Assembly: GCA_050950505.1 (NCBI GenBank)
Contig: JBMNHS010000001.1
Location: forward strand, 1,088,001 to 1,152,000
Reading direction: 5' to 3'
Length of the DNA: 64,000 nucleotides
From: Candidatus Methanomethylophilaceae archaeon
GTDB taxonomy: Archaea; Thermoplasmatota; Thermoplasmata; Methanomassiliicoccales; Methanomethylophilaceae
The position numbers and the translations under genes were made by a program. The notes under the pieces are model-generated. The model had not been told where the DNA came from and ran no database searches. It was given only the letters and a program-made list of their open reading frames with translations. Shown in pieces: positions 1 to 9,162 of this stretch (position 1 is its first letter; each line of letters begins with the position of its first letter).

Positions 1-648
1 GTCACCGTATCTTTGTACGATTTCCGTTCCATCGGGTCAATAATCGACAATAAAAAACAGGCACATGTGGTGAACGTGGAAAACAGAACGAATTTTGCCA
101 TGGTTATTTTATACAGGATTGCGACCCAATATCAGAATTATTTGAAGCTTATCGCGAAGAAACGTATGGCGATCGAAGCTTCTATCCGCAACAAAACCCA
201 ACGTAGCGATCTTTTCGAACTTCACGAATTGGAGTCCAACCTCGTTTATTTCAAAACATCCCTCAGTGTCAATCTTTCCATCGTTGAAAGATTGGCCAGA
301 CAATTCAAATTCATGACCGACCCCGAAGACAGAGATCTTCTGGAAGAGGTCACCGTCGAAACCGAACAGGCTTTGAAGATGACCACGACTTACAGTGAAA
401 TCGTAAGAGGTACACGACAGCTTGTGCAGGCGGACATCAACAACACTGCAACGGGCATCATGAAGTTTTTGACATCCATAACATTGGTTGTTTCAATACC
501 TACGATGATTTCCGGTATTTTCGGTATGAACTTCGACTTCATCCCCGGTACTCAGCACCCTGCGGGATTCATGGTCACCGTTTTGCTGATGATTGTGATT
601 ATCTATTTCAGCATCAGATATTTGCGTAAGCAGGATCTGTGGCGTTAA
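1..648 (+). CDS. corA: CorA-family Mg2+/Co2+ transporter, C-terminal part (gene starts before the window)
   Basis: GIFGMNF signature between two C-terminal hydrophobic helices; stop TAA. Confidence 0.9.
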   Translation, partial: VTVSLYDFRSIGSIIDNKKQAHVVNVENRTNFAMVILYRIATQYQNYLKLIAKKRMAIEASIRNKTQRSDLFELHELESNLVYFKTSLSVNLSIVERLARQFKFMTDPEDRDLLEEVTVETEQALKMTTTYSEIVRGTRQLVQADINNTATGIMKFLTSITLVVSIPTMISGIFGMNFDFIPGTQHPAGFMVTVLLMIVIIYFSIRYLRKQDLWR

Positions 649-916
649 CGAACCGTATCGTCCGCCAATCCTATCGGATTCATTGCCTAGGATTAACAAT
701 TATCGCATCTGTGCTCATCAAAACCGTTCATATAAGCATCGGATGCTGTGAAGGCATTTCTCAACCAATCAATTGGTGGTTGTCATTCAATTAACGGATC
801 GATGAGATTCCAAAAATTCCGGCCAGAATCTTATGTCTGTATTCTGTGACGGTATGTGTTACGGTCATTGGATGTAACTTAGATAATTCTTTATACCTAA
901 ACCTCGTAATATATGT

Positions 917-1149
917 TGCACGCGTGGAGTTCGCAAGGATGAACAAAGAAGAATTGTCTTCTGAACGTCCGGAGCCCCACAACACCCAGGAACGGATGAT
1001 ACCATCTCAGTGCGTTACACCCGTATGCTGTGTGTGAAGATTCTTCTGCGGAGGATGAAGTGCAGGCGTAGAAAGGCTTCGGAGGGACCTCTCATGGAGA
1101 CATTCCCTCTTCGAAGTAACAACGACCTGCATCAGGCTTCACGCGTGCA
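917..1149 (+). ncRNA. Unassigned structured non-coding RNA candidate (~235 nt)
   Basis: 15-bp terminal helix 917-931/1135-1149 with G-U pairs only on the + strand; several internal hairpins; TTTATA at 890-895; T run just after 1150. Confidence 0.6.
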
Positions 1150-1163
1150 GTTTTCAAGTCTTC

Positions 1164-3254
1164 TCAGAAACTTTGACCTTTGCGGCGATCGGCAAGTTCT
1201 CCCTTCTTACCCTTGTTCCATCCGGATATCTTGGAAAAGAATCCCGTTACTCTTGTGATGCCTTCAACGTTGTCCGAATCGCAGTAAGGGCAGTTCTCGG
1301 ACAATCCCCGGGAAGTTCTGGAGCAATCGAGACAGGACGTGAATTCCGGACTGAAAGCAATCTGTCCGTTCTGTGTCTTCTCGAAGGTGCTCTTGACGAA
1401 TGCGGCAACACTTTCGGCGGAAGGTTTGGATTCTCCCAACCACACATGAGTAAGCGCTCCGGCGTCAATGATGGGGTGGAACATCCCTTCAAACCTGACT
1501 CTTTCGACGGGACTAACGTCGGCTCCGACGTTCAGATACGAGGAGTTGGTGTAATACACATTGCCGGCATCTTTGTCGCCCTTGACGACAGATCCCGCCT
1601 CTCTCGGATAATCCCTCAAATCCAATTTTGCGAGTCTGTATACGGTGGACTCCCCCGGAGTCTGTTCCAAAGTCAGTTTCAACCCGTCCCTCTTAGAAAG
1701 TTCTTGGGTTTTCTGCCTCATGTGGGAGATTACCTTCAGTCCGAACATCAAAGCATCCTTGGATTCATGCATTTCCTTGCCGGTATGATACTGAACCAAT
1801 TCGTTCAGGCCCAGAACCCCTACGAGGTAAGATGATTTTTCTATTCTGTAATACGGTTCACCGTCAAGATTCATTGTCAGCATGCTCAAGGGACCGTTGT
1901 TGCCCAACAGGAGAAGTTCCTGGATAAAGTCTCTTTTTTGACTGTGGGCTTTTGAAACCAACTCCAGAGCTTCGTCCAGATTGGAAAACAATTCTTCATC
2001 GCTGCCCGAGGACATATATGCTATTCTGGGGAGATTGACTGTAACGTTCTGCATTGCGGAGAATCTCATCTTCCAGGGGGTCTTTGCATCTTCAAGATCG
2101 GTGTCGTCCAAATTGAACGAGAGTCTGCAGCATTCGGATATCCTTGCGGTGTCGCCTCTGTCGAACACGAAATATGTGTTGCCCATCTCGGCGGCAAGTT
2201 TGCATATTTTATCCAAAAATTCTTCATGGCCCGGTGTTTCGAACATACGTTCGGTGATGTGAACCTGAGGCTTAGGGAAGAAGAACGGTCTTCCGTTCGC
2301 ATCCCCTTCCAAGTAGACCTCCATCAAAGCCATGGCAAATCTCTGAGATTCCTCTTCATAGTCTTCGTAGTTCTTTCCGGTATATTCTCCTCCGGGGCCG
2401 ATTGCGGGAACACCGACAAAATGTTTCGGTGTTTCCCAATAAATGTTGATGTCGCTGAATATCGACTGTCCGCCCCGGGCGACTGCCTGCTGGGCATATT
2501 CGTAAACAAGGATCTGTGCCAACTGATGCATTCTCTTGTCGTCCACATCAACCAGGTAAGGGGCAAGGAAGACGTTGAACGCATCCCATCCGATGGCGCC
2601 GGCGTAGTGTCCCTGCAGGGCTGCGGAAAATTTCACAATTTGTTCTATCAGGACTTCGGGGTGTCTTGCGGGTTTGGCGATGGACATGGCGTTCGGAAGG
2701 TTGAGACCGAACTTTTTAACGTATTCAATAGACTGTCCGCTGCAATAGGGGCGGTCAATCATGCCCAAATCGTGGAGATGGATAAGCCCTGTCATGTGTG
2801 CGTCAGCGACGTCGGGAGTGAAAACTTCCAGCAGAGCAAATTCTTTCTTGATGTTTTCTGCCAAGGTAAGATTGGTGGCTTCGGGCCCGTGGGGAACGTT
2901 TGCATTTTCTTTGTTGGGGGCCATTATGATTTCTCTCGCGTCATATATCGGAACTCCCAAACGGGTATGCTGTTTCCTGATGTCTTCGAGACCTCTCTCC
3001 ATAAGTTTGGCGTTTGTCAATTCTCTTATAAGGGGGGCGGTTATGTAATTGACATCGATCTGTTTTATCATACGGTCTACGTCGTTGGCGATGATCATGG
3101 CATTGAGTTCGGAAATATCCGTCTCTCTGAGCAGAACATCATAAATTCTCTTTTTATCCCACTTCTTGAGATCTTCATCTGAAGATCTCACAAACAATCC
3201 TATGTCTGTCGATTCGGCACCTTTCTTGATTATATTCTCTGTGTCCGTATGCAT
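1164..3254 (-). CDS. nrdD: Anaerobic (class III) ribonucleoside-triphosphate reductase with N-terminal ATP cone
   Basis: ATP-cone-like N-terminus, HLHDLG, C-terminal CxxC...CPYC zinc site and glycyl-radical motif RVTGF. Confidence 0.95.
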   Translation of the reverse strand: MHTDTENIIKKGAESTDIGLFVRSSDEDLKKWDKKRIYDVLLRETDISELNAMIIANDVDRMIKQIDVNYITAPLIRELTNAKLMERGLEDIRKQHTRLGVPIYDAREIIMAPNKENANVPHGPEATNLTLAENIKKEFALLEVFTPDVADAHMTGLIHLHDLGMIDRPYCSGQSIEYVKKFGLNLPNAMSIAKPARHPEVLIEQIVKFSAALQGHYAGAIGWDAFNVFLAPYLVDVDDKRMHQLAQILVYEYAQQAVARGGQSIFSDINIYWETPKHFVGVPAIGPGGEYTGKNYEDYEEESQRFAMALMEVYLEGDANGRPFFFPKPQVHITERMFETPGHEEFLDKICKLAAEMGNTYFVFDRGDTARISECCRLSFNLDDTDLEDAKTPWKMRFSAMQNVTVNLPRIAYMSSGSDEELFSNLDEALELVSKAHSQKRDFIQELLLLGNNGPLSMLTMNLDGEPYYRIEKSSYLVGVLGLNELVQYHTGKEMHESKDALMFGLKVISHMRQKTQELSKRDGLKLTLEQTPGESTVYRLAKLDLRDYPREAGSVVKGDKDAGNVYYTNSSYLNVGADVSPVERVRFEGMFHPIIDAGALTHVWLGESKPSAESVAAFVKSTFEKTQNGQIAFSPEFTSCLDCSRTSRGLSENCPYCDSDNVEGITRVTGFFSKISGWNKGKKGELADRRKGQSF

Positions 3255-3551
3255 ATCTTATTTCCCTCCATCTCTCCGGTTGGCGTTCCTGAGTTCACTT
3301 GATCAATATAAAGCGTTTTTTGAACTATAATTGGTAATAGATGGATGAGTCTTTGTTACCATGATTGTTACCATATCTGATATTTTTTAATAGGCCAGTA
3401 ACTTAAAATTTTTATTTGTGCGTATTAATGTACTAATTCATACATTGTTGGCATATACATCCAACTCAAAATCAAAATTGACCAAAAAAACACCCAAAAA
3501 ATCATGAAAATATGCATTAAGTTTAAGTTAATCTATTCAGTATGAGATTCT

Positions 3552-4115
3552 GTGTTCAATCCCGACAAAGATTTCTCCCGGATATTATTGTAGTGTTTGG
3601 GCAAAGATGGCAAGTCAATAAGTGCACTTTCAAGAGACCTTGAAAGAGTCGGTTTCAAACATCACAGACTGATATTGACGGGATATCTGAGAGCTCTTAC
3701 CGACATGAACATTGTGAAAGAAAAGTCGGTTCCGCCGTCTAAGGTATATCAGGTAGTAAGAACCCCTGCTGAAAATATCTATGAGGCCGTGGGCAGAGTC
3801 TGTCAGAAAAGATACCCGGGAAACAATGATCTGATTATTTTCGTTCTGAATCAAATATTCAAACGTCCCGTGTTTGAATCGGAGCTGTTGCTTGCCGGCG
3901 TGACGGAACACAACGGCAAACCCGCGCAACCTAACGAGACCTTGGAATGCCGGAAATTGTTGAAGCGTTCCGGAAACGTGGTGCCTGCCCACGACTCGTA
4001 TTATTCCCGCTCGGAGTATTCGAAAGAATTGAAAGAAGTGGTTATGGAAATAGTGGCAGATGTCACGGATTCAAACCATTTGGTGCTGTTGACCAAACAA
4101 ACCCGATTACTGTGA
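3552..4115 (+). CDS. Conserved archaeal HTH-like protein with in-frame TAG at codon 14 (3591-3593)
   Basis: GTG at 3552 reads MFNPDKDFSRILL-TAG-CLGKDGKSISALSRDL, in frame with ORF 3597..4115; TTTAAG TATA-like box about 25-30 nt upstream of the GTG. Confidence 0.7.
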
Positions 4116-4157
4116 AAAAACAATACTCTTTTATTGAGGTTGAATAATCCTCGATGC

Positions 4158-5135
4158 ATGTCTCTGGATGAACTTGTGCATGCTATCCGCACTTTTCCCG
4201 GCGTGACAAGAAAAAACCCTATCCATGAGATAGTAGGTCTTTTGCCTCTCGATGAGTTCCCGCAGGTTGCCGCCGCCGCAGGCGAAGATGCGGCCGCCGT
4301 CGAATTCGGCGATAAATATCTTTTGATGGCCGCGGACGGGATCATGTCCTCTCTTGTGAGGGTCGAGCCCTTCTACGCCGGATACTTCGCAGTGCTTGTG
4401 AACATAAACGATATCGCCGCAATGGGAGGCGTCCCCATCGCGATGGTCGACGTCATATCCATGAGAAGCAGCAAAGTCTGTTCTCAGATTCTCAGAGGTG
4501 TCGAACACGCAGTCAGAAAATTTGGCGTACCGGTGGTCGGAGGTCACACACACCCCGACGGCGAATTGAATTCCATTGAAATTTCAATAGTCGGTTCTGT
4601 TCCCAAGGAAGATATAATTCTAAGCACGACCGCCGTTCCCGGCGACGATATCGTGTTTGTTGCGGATTTGGACGGATTTTATCCGAAGAATCTTCCTTTG
4701 GCTTGGGATACGACCACTCTCAAAGATGCCGAAGCAATTCAGAAACAAATCGCCATATTGCCCAAAATAGCATCTGAAGGCCTCGTACATGCCGCCAAAG
4801 ACATGAGCAACCCCGGCAACATAGGAACGTTGGGGATGATGTTGGAATCTTCCGACATGGGCGGCACCGTCGATCTGTCAAAGATACTCAAACCGAAAGA
4901 CGTCGATCTGAAACATTGGTGTCTTTCCTATCAGGGATTCGGATTCGTATTTTCCTGTCCTCCCGAGAATTCTGCAAGATTGATTGAGATGTGCGAGTCC
5001 GTGGGCGCTTCCGGTTCGGTCGTGGGCACCATTGACGACACTTCCGAATTGAAACTTACATTGAACGGCGAAACAAAGACCGTGTTCGATTTCGACAAGG
5101 ACATCATTACCGGATGCCGTCCTAAAAAGAAATGA
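4158..5135 (+). CDS. Methanogenesis marker 2 protein (AIR synthase/PurM-like superfamily)
   Basis: GEDAAA, AADGI, VNINDIAAMGG, GGHTHPD and KDMSNPG motifs. Confidence 0.85.
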   Translation: MSLDELVHAIRTFPGVTRKNPIHEIVGLLPLDEFPQVAAAAGEDAAAVEFGDKYLLMAADGIMSSLVRVEPFYAGYFAVLVNINDIAAMGGVPIAMVDVISMRSSKVCSQILRGVEHAVRKFGVPVVGGHTHPDGELNSIEISIVGSVPKEDIILSTTAVPGDDIVFVADLDGFYPKNLPLAWDTTTLKDAEAIQKQIAILPKIASEGLVHAAKDMSNPGNIGTLGMMLESSDMGGTVDLSKILKPKDVDLKHWCLSYQGFGFVFSCPPENSARLIEMCESVGASGSVVGTIDDTSELKLTLNGETKTVFDFDKDIITGCRPKKK

Positions 5136-5142
5136 AGAAAGT

Positions 5143-5446
5143 GTTTGGCCACATGGGTTGACTCCGAATCCGGATCAAGTTGTCCGCGGCGTTTCTCGAC
5201 CCTGCGATCCCGCAAACGTCAGTAGTTCAGAGTAAGGCTGCTCCCGTCAGGACCTGGCCCGGTTTCCCCGATTAATACGGTTCAGCGATCCTCCGACCGC
5301 TTACATCGTACACACTGGCTCTGCAGGACAAGATCTCATTGTCCCGATGCGGGCTTGAACGTTCAACGGGGCCGTCCCATGCTGTCACCCCAGCATATCG
5401 ACGATTTCAGGTATAGGGCACGCCGACCTCCCCGGTCAAGCCAAAC
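5143..5446 (-). ncRNA. ffs: Archaeal signal recognition particle (7S) RNA
   Basis: Minus strand carries helix 8 GCCAGGTCCTGACGGGAGCAGCC and helix 6 CGGGGAAACCG; ends GTTTGGC/GCCAAAC pair; ~304 nt. Confidence 0.93.
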
Positions 5447-5486
5447 GATTCTTTACCTACGACGATGTATTTAACCGCTTTCAAAA

Positions 5487-5861
5487 TCAAAAAGGCGGAG
5501 GTTCGTTGTATTTTCGGTTCGAACCTCTTGAAGTTTCGACGGGATACCTTTCCTCATTTTTTCTTAATTTCTCCCTCAGGGAGGATGTGAGGTCGATATC
5601 GTTTCTCTGCGCAAATCTCAACACAAAATAGAATACGTCGGAAAGCTCATCCCTGACCATTGAAAGATACCTTTCGTCCTTCATCATTTCGGCGACTTCT
5701 TCGTCGCTTTTGAATCTGAATATTTCTAACAGTTCCGAAGCTTCGGTAATTAAACCTGCGGCAAGATTCTTGGGGCAGTGAAATTCATCCCATTCCCTTG
5801 CGTCACAGAATTCTTTGACCGAGGCTTTGAGTTCGTTCAGATTGGTGTTCCCGTCGTCCAT
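5487..5861 (-). CDS. MazG-like nucleotide pyrophosphohydrolase
   Basis: REWDEFHCPKNLA...EASELLE...DELSDV pattern. Confidence 0.85.
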   Translation of the reverse strand: MDDGNTNLNELKASVKEFCDAREWDEFHCPKNLAAGLITEASELLEIFRFKSDEEVAEMMKDERYLSMVRDELSDVFYFVLRFAQRNDIDLTSSLREKLRKNEERYPVETSRGSNRKYNEPPPF

Positions 5862-5983
5862 ATGAACCTCTTACGCCTTTTTTCACGTAAATCCTTTCCG
5901 TAACCCTTCACAATCAATTATATATGTCCTGTCCATAGAGGTGTCAACCGTGCTAAGTGTTAACATGGTACTCGGTGAATATA

Positions 5984-6109
5984 ATGTTAGGACTGACTGA
6001 CCCTTGGATCTGGAGTGCGTATATCGGCTGTTTTGCCGCCGTTGCGTTCTGCATAATATACGGATACTTCAAAGGAAACAAAGCCGAAGAGGTTGAAGAA
6101 GATGAGTGA
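5984..6109 (+). CDS. Small single-TM symporter accessory protein (41 aa; absent from ORF track)
   Basis: MLGLTDPWIWSAYIGCFAAVAFCIIYGYFKGNKAEEVEEDE; its stop overlaps the symporter ATG at 6102. Confidence 0.8.
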   Translation: MLGLTDPWIWSAYIGCFAAVAFCIIYGYFKGNKAEEVEEDE

Positions 6110-7745
6110 CGGAGTAAATTTGACGATATTCGGCGTCATGACCGTGATATTCGGTATCGCAACCGCCGTTCTCGCTTACTACGGATACAAGAACACCAGT
6201 GACAGCGAGCAGTTCATGCTGGGCAGGCATAAAACAAGTCCTGTGATTATAGCGTTGTCTTACGGAGCCACCTTCCTGAGCGCATCCGCCATCATCGGAT
6301 TCGGGGGGCAGGCGGCGGTTCACGGAATGTCGCTTATGTGGCTTTGCTTCCTGAACATATTCGTCGGAATCATAGTCGCGTTCATTGTGTTCGGTCCGAG
6401 AACCAGAAGGCTGGGGAAAAAGTTGGGAGCCTCCACTTTTGCCGATCTTCTGGGAAAAATATACAAATCAAAAGGAATCCGCGGATTTACCGCCATATTG
6501 ATTGTGGTGATGATGCCGATTTACTGTGCCGCGGTTCTCAAAGGTGCGGTCAACTCATTGGCGGTCATGACCGGATTGACCGCATACTATGATGTTCTGT
6601 TGATTGTGTTGGCTTTGGTTGTTGCTTTGTACGTTGTGTACGGGGGCATAGTGGCCGTGATGTACAACGATGCATTGCAGGCCGGAATCATGTTTCTCGG
6701 AATGGTGGTAATCCTGGTATTGACGTACTCCATGTTCGGCGGCGTAGGATCCGCCCATTCCCAACTGAGCAACCTCTGGGATGCGGGGATAGTCGATCAG
6801 GCGGGAACGCTGATCGGCGCCAGAGGATGGACGGGCATTTCCGAATTCGGTTCTCAGGAATGGATGTTGGTCATCACCACATTCCTGATGGGCGTGGGAA
6901 TAGGTTCGCTGACCCAACCCCAGTTAGTGGTAAGGTTCATGTCTGCCCGTGACGACAAGACCCTTTACAAGTCCATGATAATCGGAAGCATATTCATGCT
7001 TGTGGTGGTGGGGACCGCGTACACCGTGGGGCCTTTGAGCAACATATACTTCGCGGACAAGTACGGAGTCGGAGCCTTTGAATACATAACGGGTTTGGGA
7101 TTGGGCACGGATTTCATAATTCCGCAGTTCCTGACCGAAGTGTTCGGAAGTTTCAGCAACGCGACCTTCGGAGATCTGTTCCTGTCCCTGTTCCTTTTGG
7201 CATTGCTGTCGGCGTCGATATCCACGCTCAGTGCGCTGATGCACACCATCGGCGTTGCGGGGGGATACGATCTTTTCACTCTTGCCAGAAACAGGTTCTA
7301 CGGCGAAGAAAAGGATTCCAGATCCATCAGAATCAACAGAATTTTCACCATGTTCGTTTTGATTGTGGTTGTCGCGGTGTGTTACCTCATGCCCAACGAC
7401 ATCATCGCAAAAGCGACATCGGTGTTCATGGGGATAACGGCGGCGGCATTGCTTCCGGCATACGCCCACGGACTGTATGCCAAAAAACCCAACAGAATCG
7501 CAGCCTTGACGAGCATGATCGCGGGAACTTCGGTTTACCTGTTCTGGGCGCTTTTTATGAACGCGGGAACCGCGACCTTCCTCCCCATATGCAGAATATT
7601 GACGGGAAGCCACGTGCTCTTCGGGAATTCCGTGTTGGCGTCTTTGGACGCGGTCATCGTTGCTTTGCCGGTGTCGGTAATCGCAATGATTGCGGTGTTG
7701 ATTCTCAACAGAAGAACGGTGACGGAAGAACCGATCGCCGTCTGA
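6102..7745 (+). CDS. Sodium:solute symporter family protein
   Basis: About 13 TM segments; SYGATFLSASAIIGFGG, YNDALQ and QPQLVVRF SSS motifs. Confidence 0.9.
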   Translation: MSDGVNLTIFGVMTVIFGIATAVLAYYGYKNTSDSEQFMLGRHKTSPVIIALSYGATFLSASAIIGFGGQAAVHGMSLMWLCFLNIFVGIIVAFIVFGPRTRRLGKKLGASTFADLLGKIYKSKGIRGFTAILIVVMMPIYCAAVLKGAVNSLAVMTGLTAYYDVLLIVLALVVALYVVYGGIVAVMYNDALQAGIMFLGMVVILVLTYSMFGGVGSAHSQLSNLWDAGIVDQAGTLIGARGWTGISEFGSQEWMLVITTFLMGVGIGSLTQPQLVVRFMSARDDKTLYKSMIIGSIFMLVVVGTAYTVGPLSNIYFADKYGVGAFEYITGLGLGTDFIIPQFLTEVFGSFSNATFGDLFLSLFLLALLSASISTLSALMHTIGVAGGYDLFTLARNRFYGEEKDSRSIRINRIFTMFVLIVVVAVCYLMPNDIIAKATSVFMGITAAALLPAYAHGLYAKKPNRIAALTSMIAGTSVYLFWALFMNAGTATFLPICRILTGSHVLFGNSVLASLDAVIVALPVSVIAMIAVLILNRRTVTEEPIAV

Positions 7746-7833
7746 AACACTTTCATTTTAAACCCCTTTCCTGTTTTTGTTCACCGTTTGTTATTCCGTC
7801 ACTTTTAGGTATAATAAGGGTATAACCTCGTTT

Positions 7834-8625
7834 ATGGAGAAGGCAATGGAACTGAGGAACGTCTCGGTGGTCAGAAGCGGAAAAAAGCTTTTGGACTCCG
7901 TGAATTTGGATATCGGAGCCTCGGAAAATGTTGCCGTCATAGGCCCCAACGGTTCCGGCAAAACAACCTTGATAAAACTGCTCAGAGGGGACATCTATCC
8001 TTATTACGACGAAACAAACCCCCCCGTTATGAGAATATTCGGAGAAACCAACTGGTCGCTGTACGATGTGCGGAGCAAAATGGGCGTTGTGTCCATGGAT
8101 CTGCAAAATATGTTTTCCGACGACACGATTGTCAGGGATGTCGTACTGTCCGGATACTTCAGCAGTCTGGACATATTCAGAACCCATGAGATTTCAGATC
8201 TCATGACCGAAGGCGCGGAAAAAGCCATGGCGTATATGGGAATCGACAATCTCGCGGACCGGACTCTTGAGGGGCTTTCCTTGGGGGAGATGCGGAGAAC
8301 TCTGATTTCCAGAGCCTTGGTTACCTCCCCGAAAATGCTGGTTTTGGACGAACCCATGACGGGATTGGACATCGTCATGAAATCCAAATTCCGCAAGATG
8401 TTCGATCTTATGGCCGACACCGGAGTGAACCTGATTATGATAACCCATGACTTGACCGACATCCCGTTGTCGTTGAACAGAATCGTTATGATAAAGGACG
8501 GAAGGATTTATGCCGACGGTCCCAAATCAGAGATACTCACTTCCGAAAAGGTCAGTGAGTTGTTCGATGAACCTATTAATATCCAAAACAATAACGGAAT
8601 ATATTCCATGAGGATGGACGAATGA
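7834..8625 (+). CDS. ABC transporter ATP-binding protein (ModF-like, no adjacent permease)
   Basis: GPNGSGKT, LSLGE, LVLDEP and ITHD motifs. Confidence 0.85.
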   Translation: MEKAMELRNVSVVRSGKKLLDSVNLDIGASENVAVIGPNGSGKTTLIKLLRGDIYPYYDETNPPVMRIFGETNWSLYDVRSKMGVVSMDLQNMFSDDTIVRDVVLSGYFSSLDIFRTHEISDLMTEGAEKAMAYMGIDNLADRTLEGLSLGEMRRTLISRALVTSPKMLVLDEPMTGLDIVMKSKFRKMFDLMADTGVNLIMITHDLTDIPLSLNRIVMIKDGRIYADGPKSEILTSEKVSELFDEPINIQNNNGIYSMRMDE

Positions 8626-9161
8626 CGATTTACATCTGTTCCGAATGCGGAAAGGAAATTCCGCCGGATTCGGATTTCTGTTACCATTGCGGCAGCCTTA
8701 AGAGCAAGGCTTACACAATCGAATACAAGAATGACGGGTCGGTCTCGGAACAGTTTGCATGCCCGGAGTGCGGGATAATCGGTGACGAAAATACCAAATT
8801 CTGCAGACATTGCGGAGTGGAAATAGACAAGGCCGTGCCCAAGAACGTAAACCGTCCCCGTCCCGCCGCGGGCCCTTCTTACGGAGGCGGATACGGAACG
8901 ATGCCCATGCCCGTTCTTCAGAAGAACGGCGGATTCGCCATGTTCATGTCAATCATCTTCGGATTCGTCGGGATTTACGGCATCGGACATTTGATAATGA
9001 AAAAATGGTCCAGGGGACTTATGTTCCTGGCAATGTCCGCCGTGAACTGGTATATCTACATAAGTGTCGGAACCTTCCCGTTTTTCGTAATGTTGATTTC
9101 TCTGATGCTGTTCTTCAAACAGTCCATGGAAATCACGAATATAGCTTACGGGAGGTCTTGA
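8622..9161 (+). CDS. Double zinc-ribbon membrane protein
   Basis: Four CxxC pairs followed by hydrophobic C-terminal helices (GIYGIGHL). Confidence 0.75.
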   Translation: MTIYICSECGKEIPPDSDFCYHCGSLKSKAYTIEYKNDGSVSEQFACPECGIIGDENTKFCRHCGVEIDKAVPKNVNRPRPAAGPSYGGGYGTMPMPVLQKNGGFAMFMSIIFGFVGIYGIGHLIMKKWSRGLMFLAMSAVNWYIYISVGTFPFFVMLISLMLFFKQSMEITNIAYGRS

Positions 9162-9162
9162 G

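Noticed and set aside
735-747. Palindrome AGCATC-G-GATGCT next to a TATA-like sequence
   Set aside because: Short, with no downstream gene to regulate; could be chance.
939-1037. Short ORF ending in CVTPVCCV inside the structured element (possible peptide precursor)
   Set aside because: No modifying enzymes nearby, and the sequence is better explained by RNA base pairing; not fully excluded.
917-1149. RNase P RNA or MITE as the identity of the element
   Set aside because: RNase P conserved regions and P4 pairing are absent; the terminal mismatches are all G-U on one strand and there is no clear target duplication.
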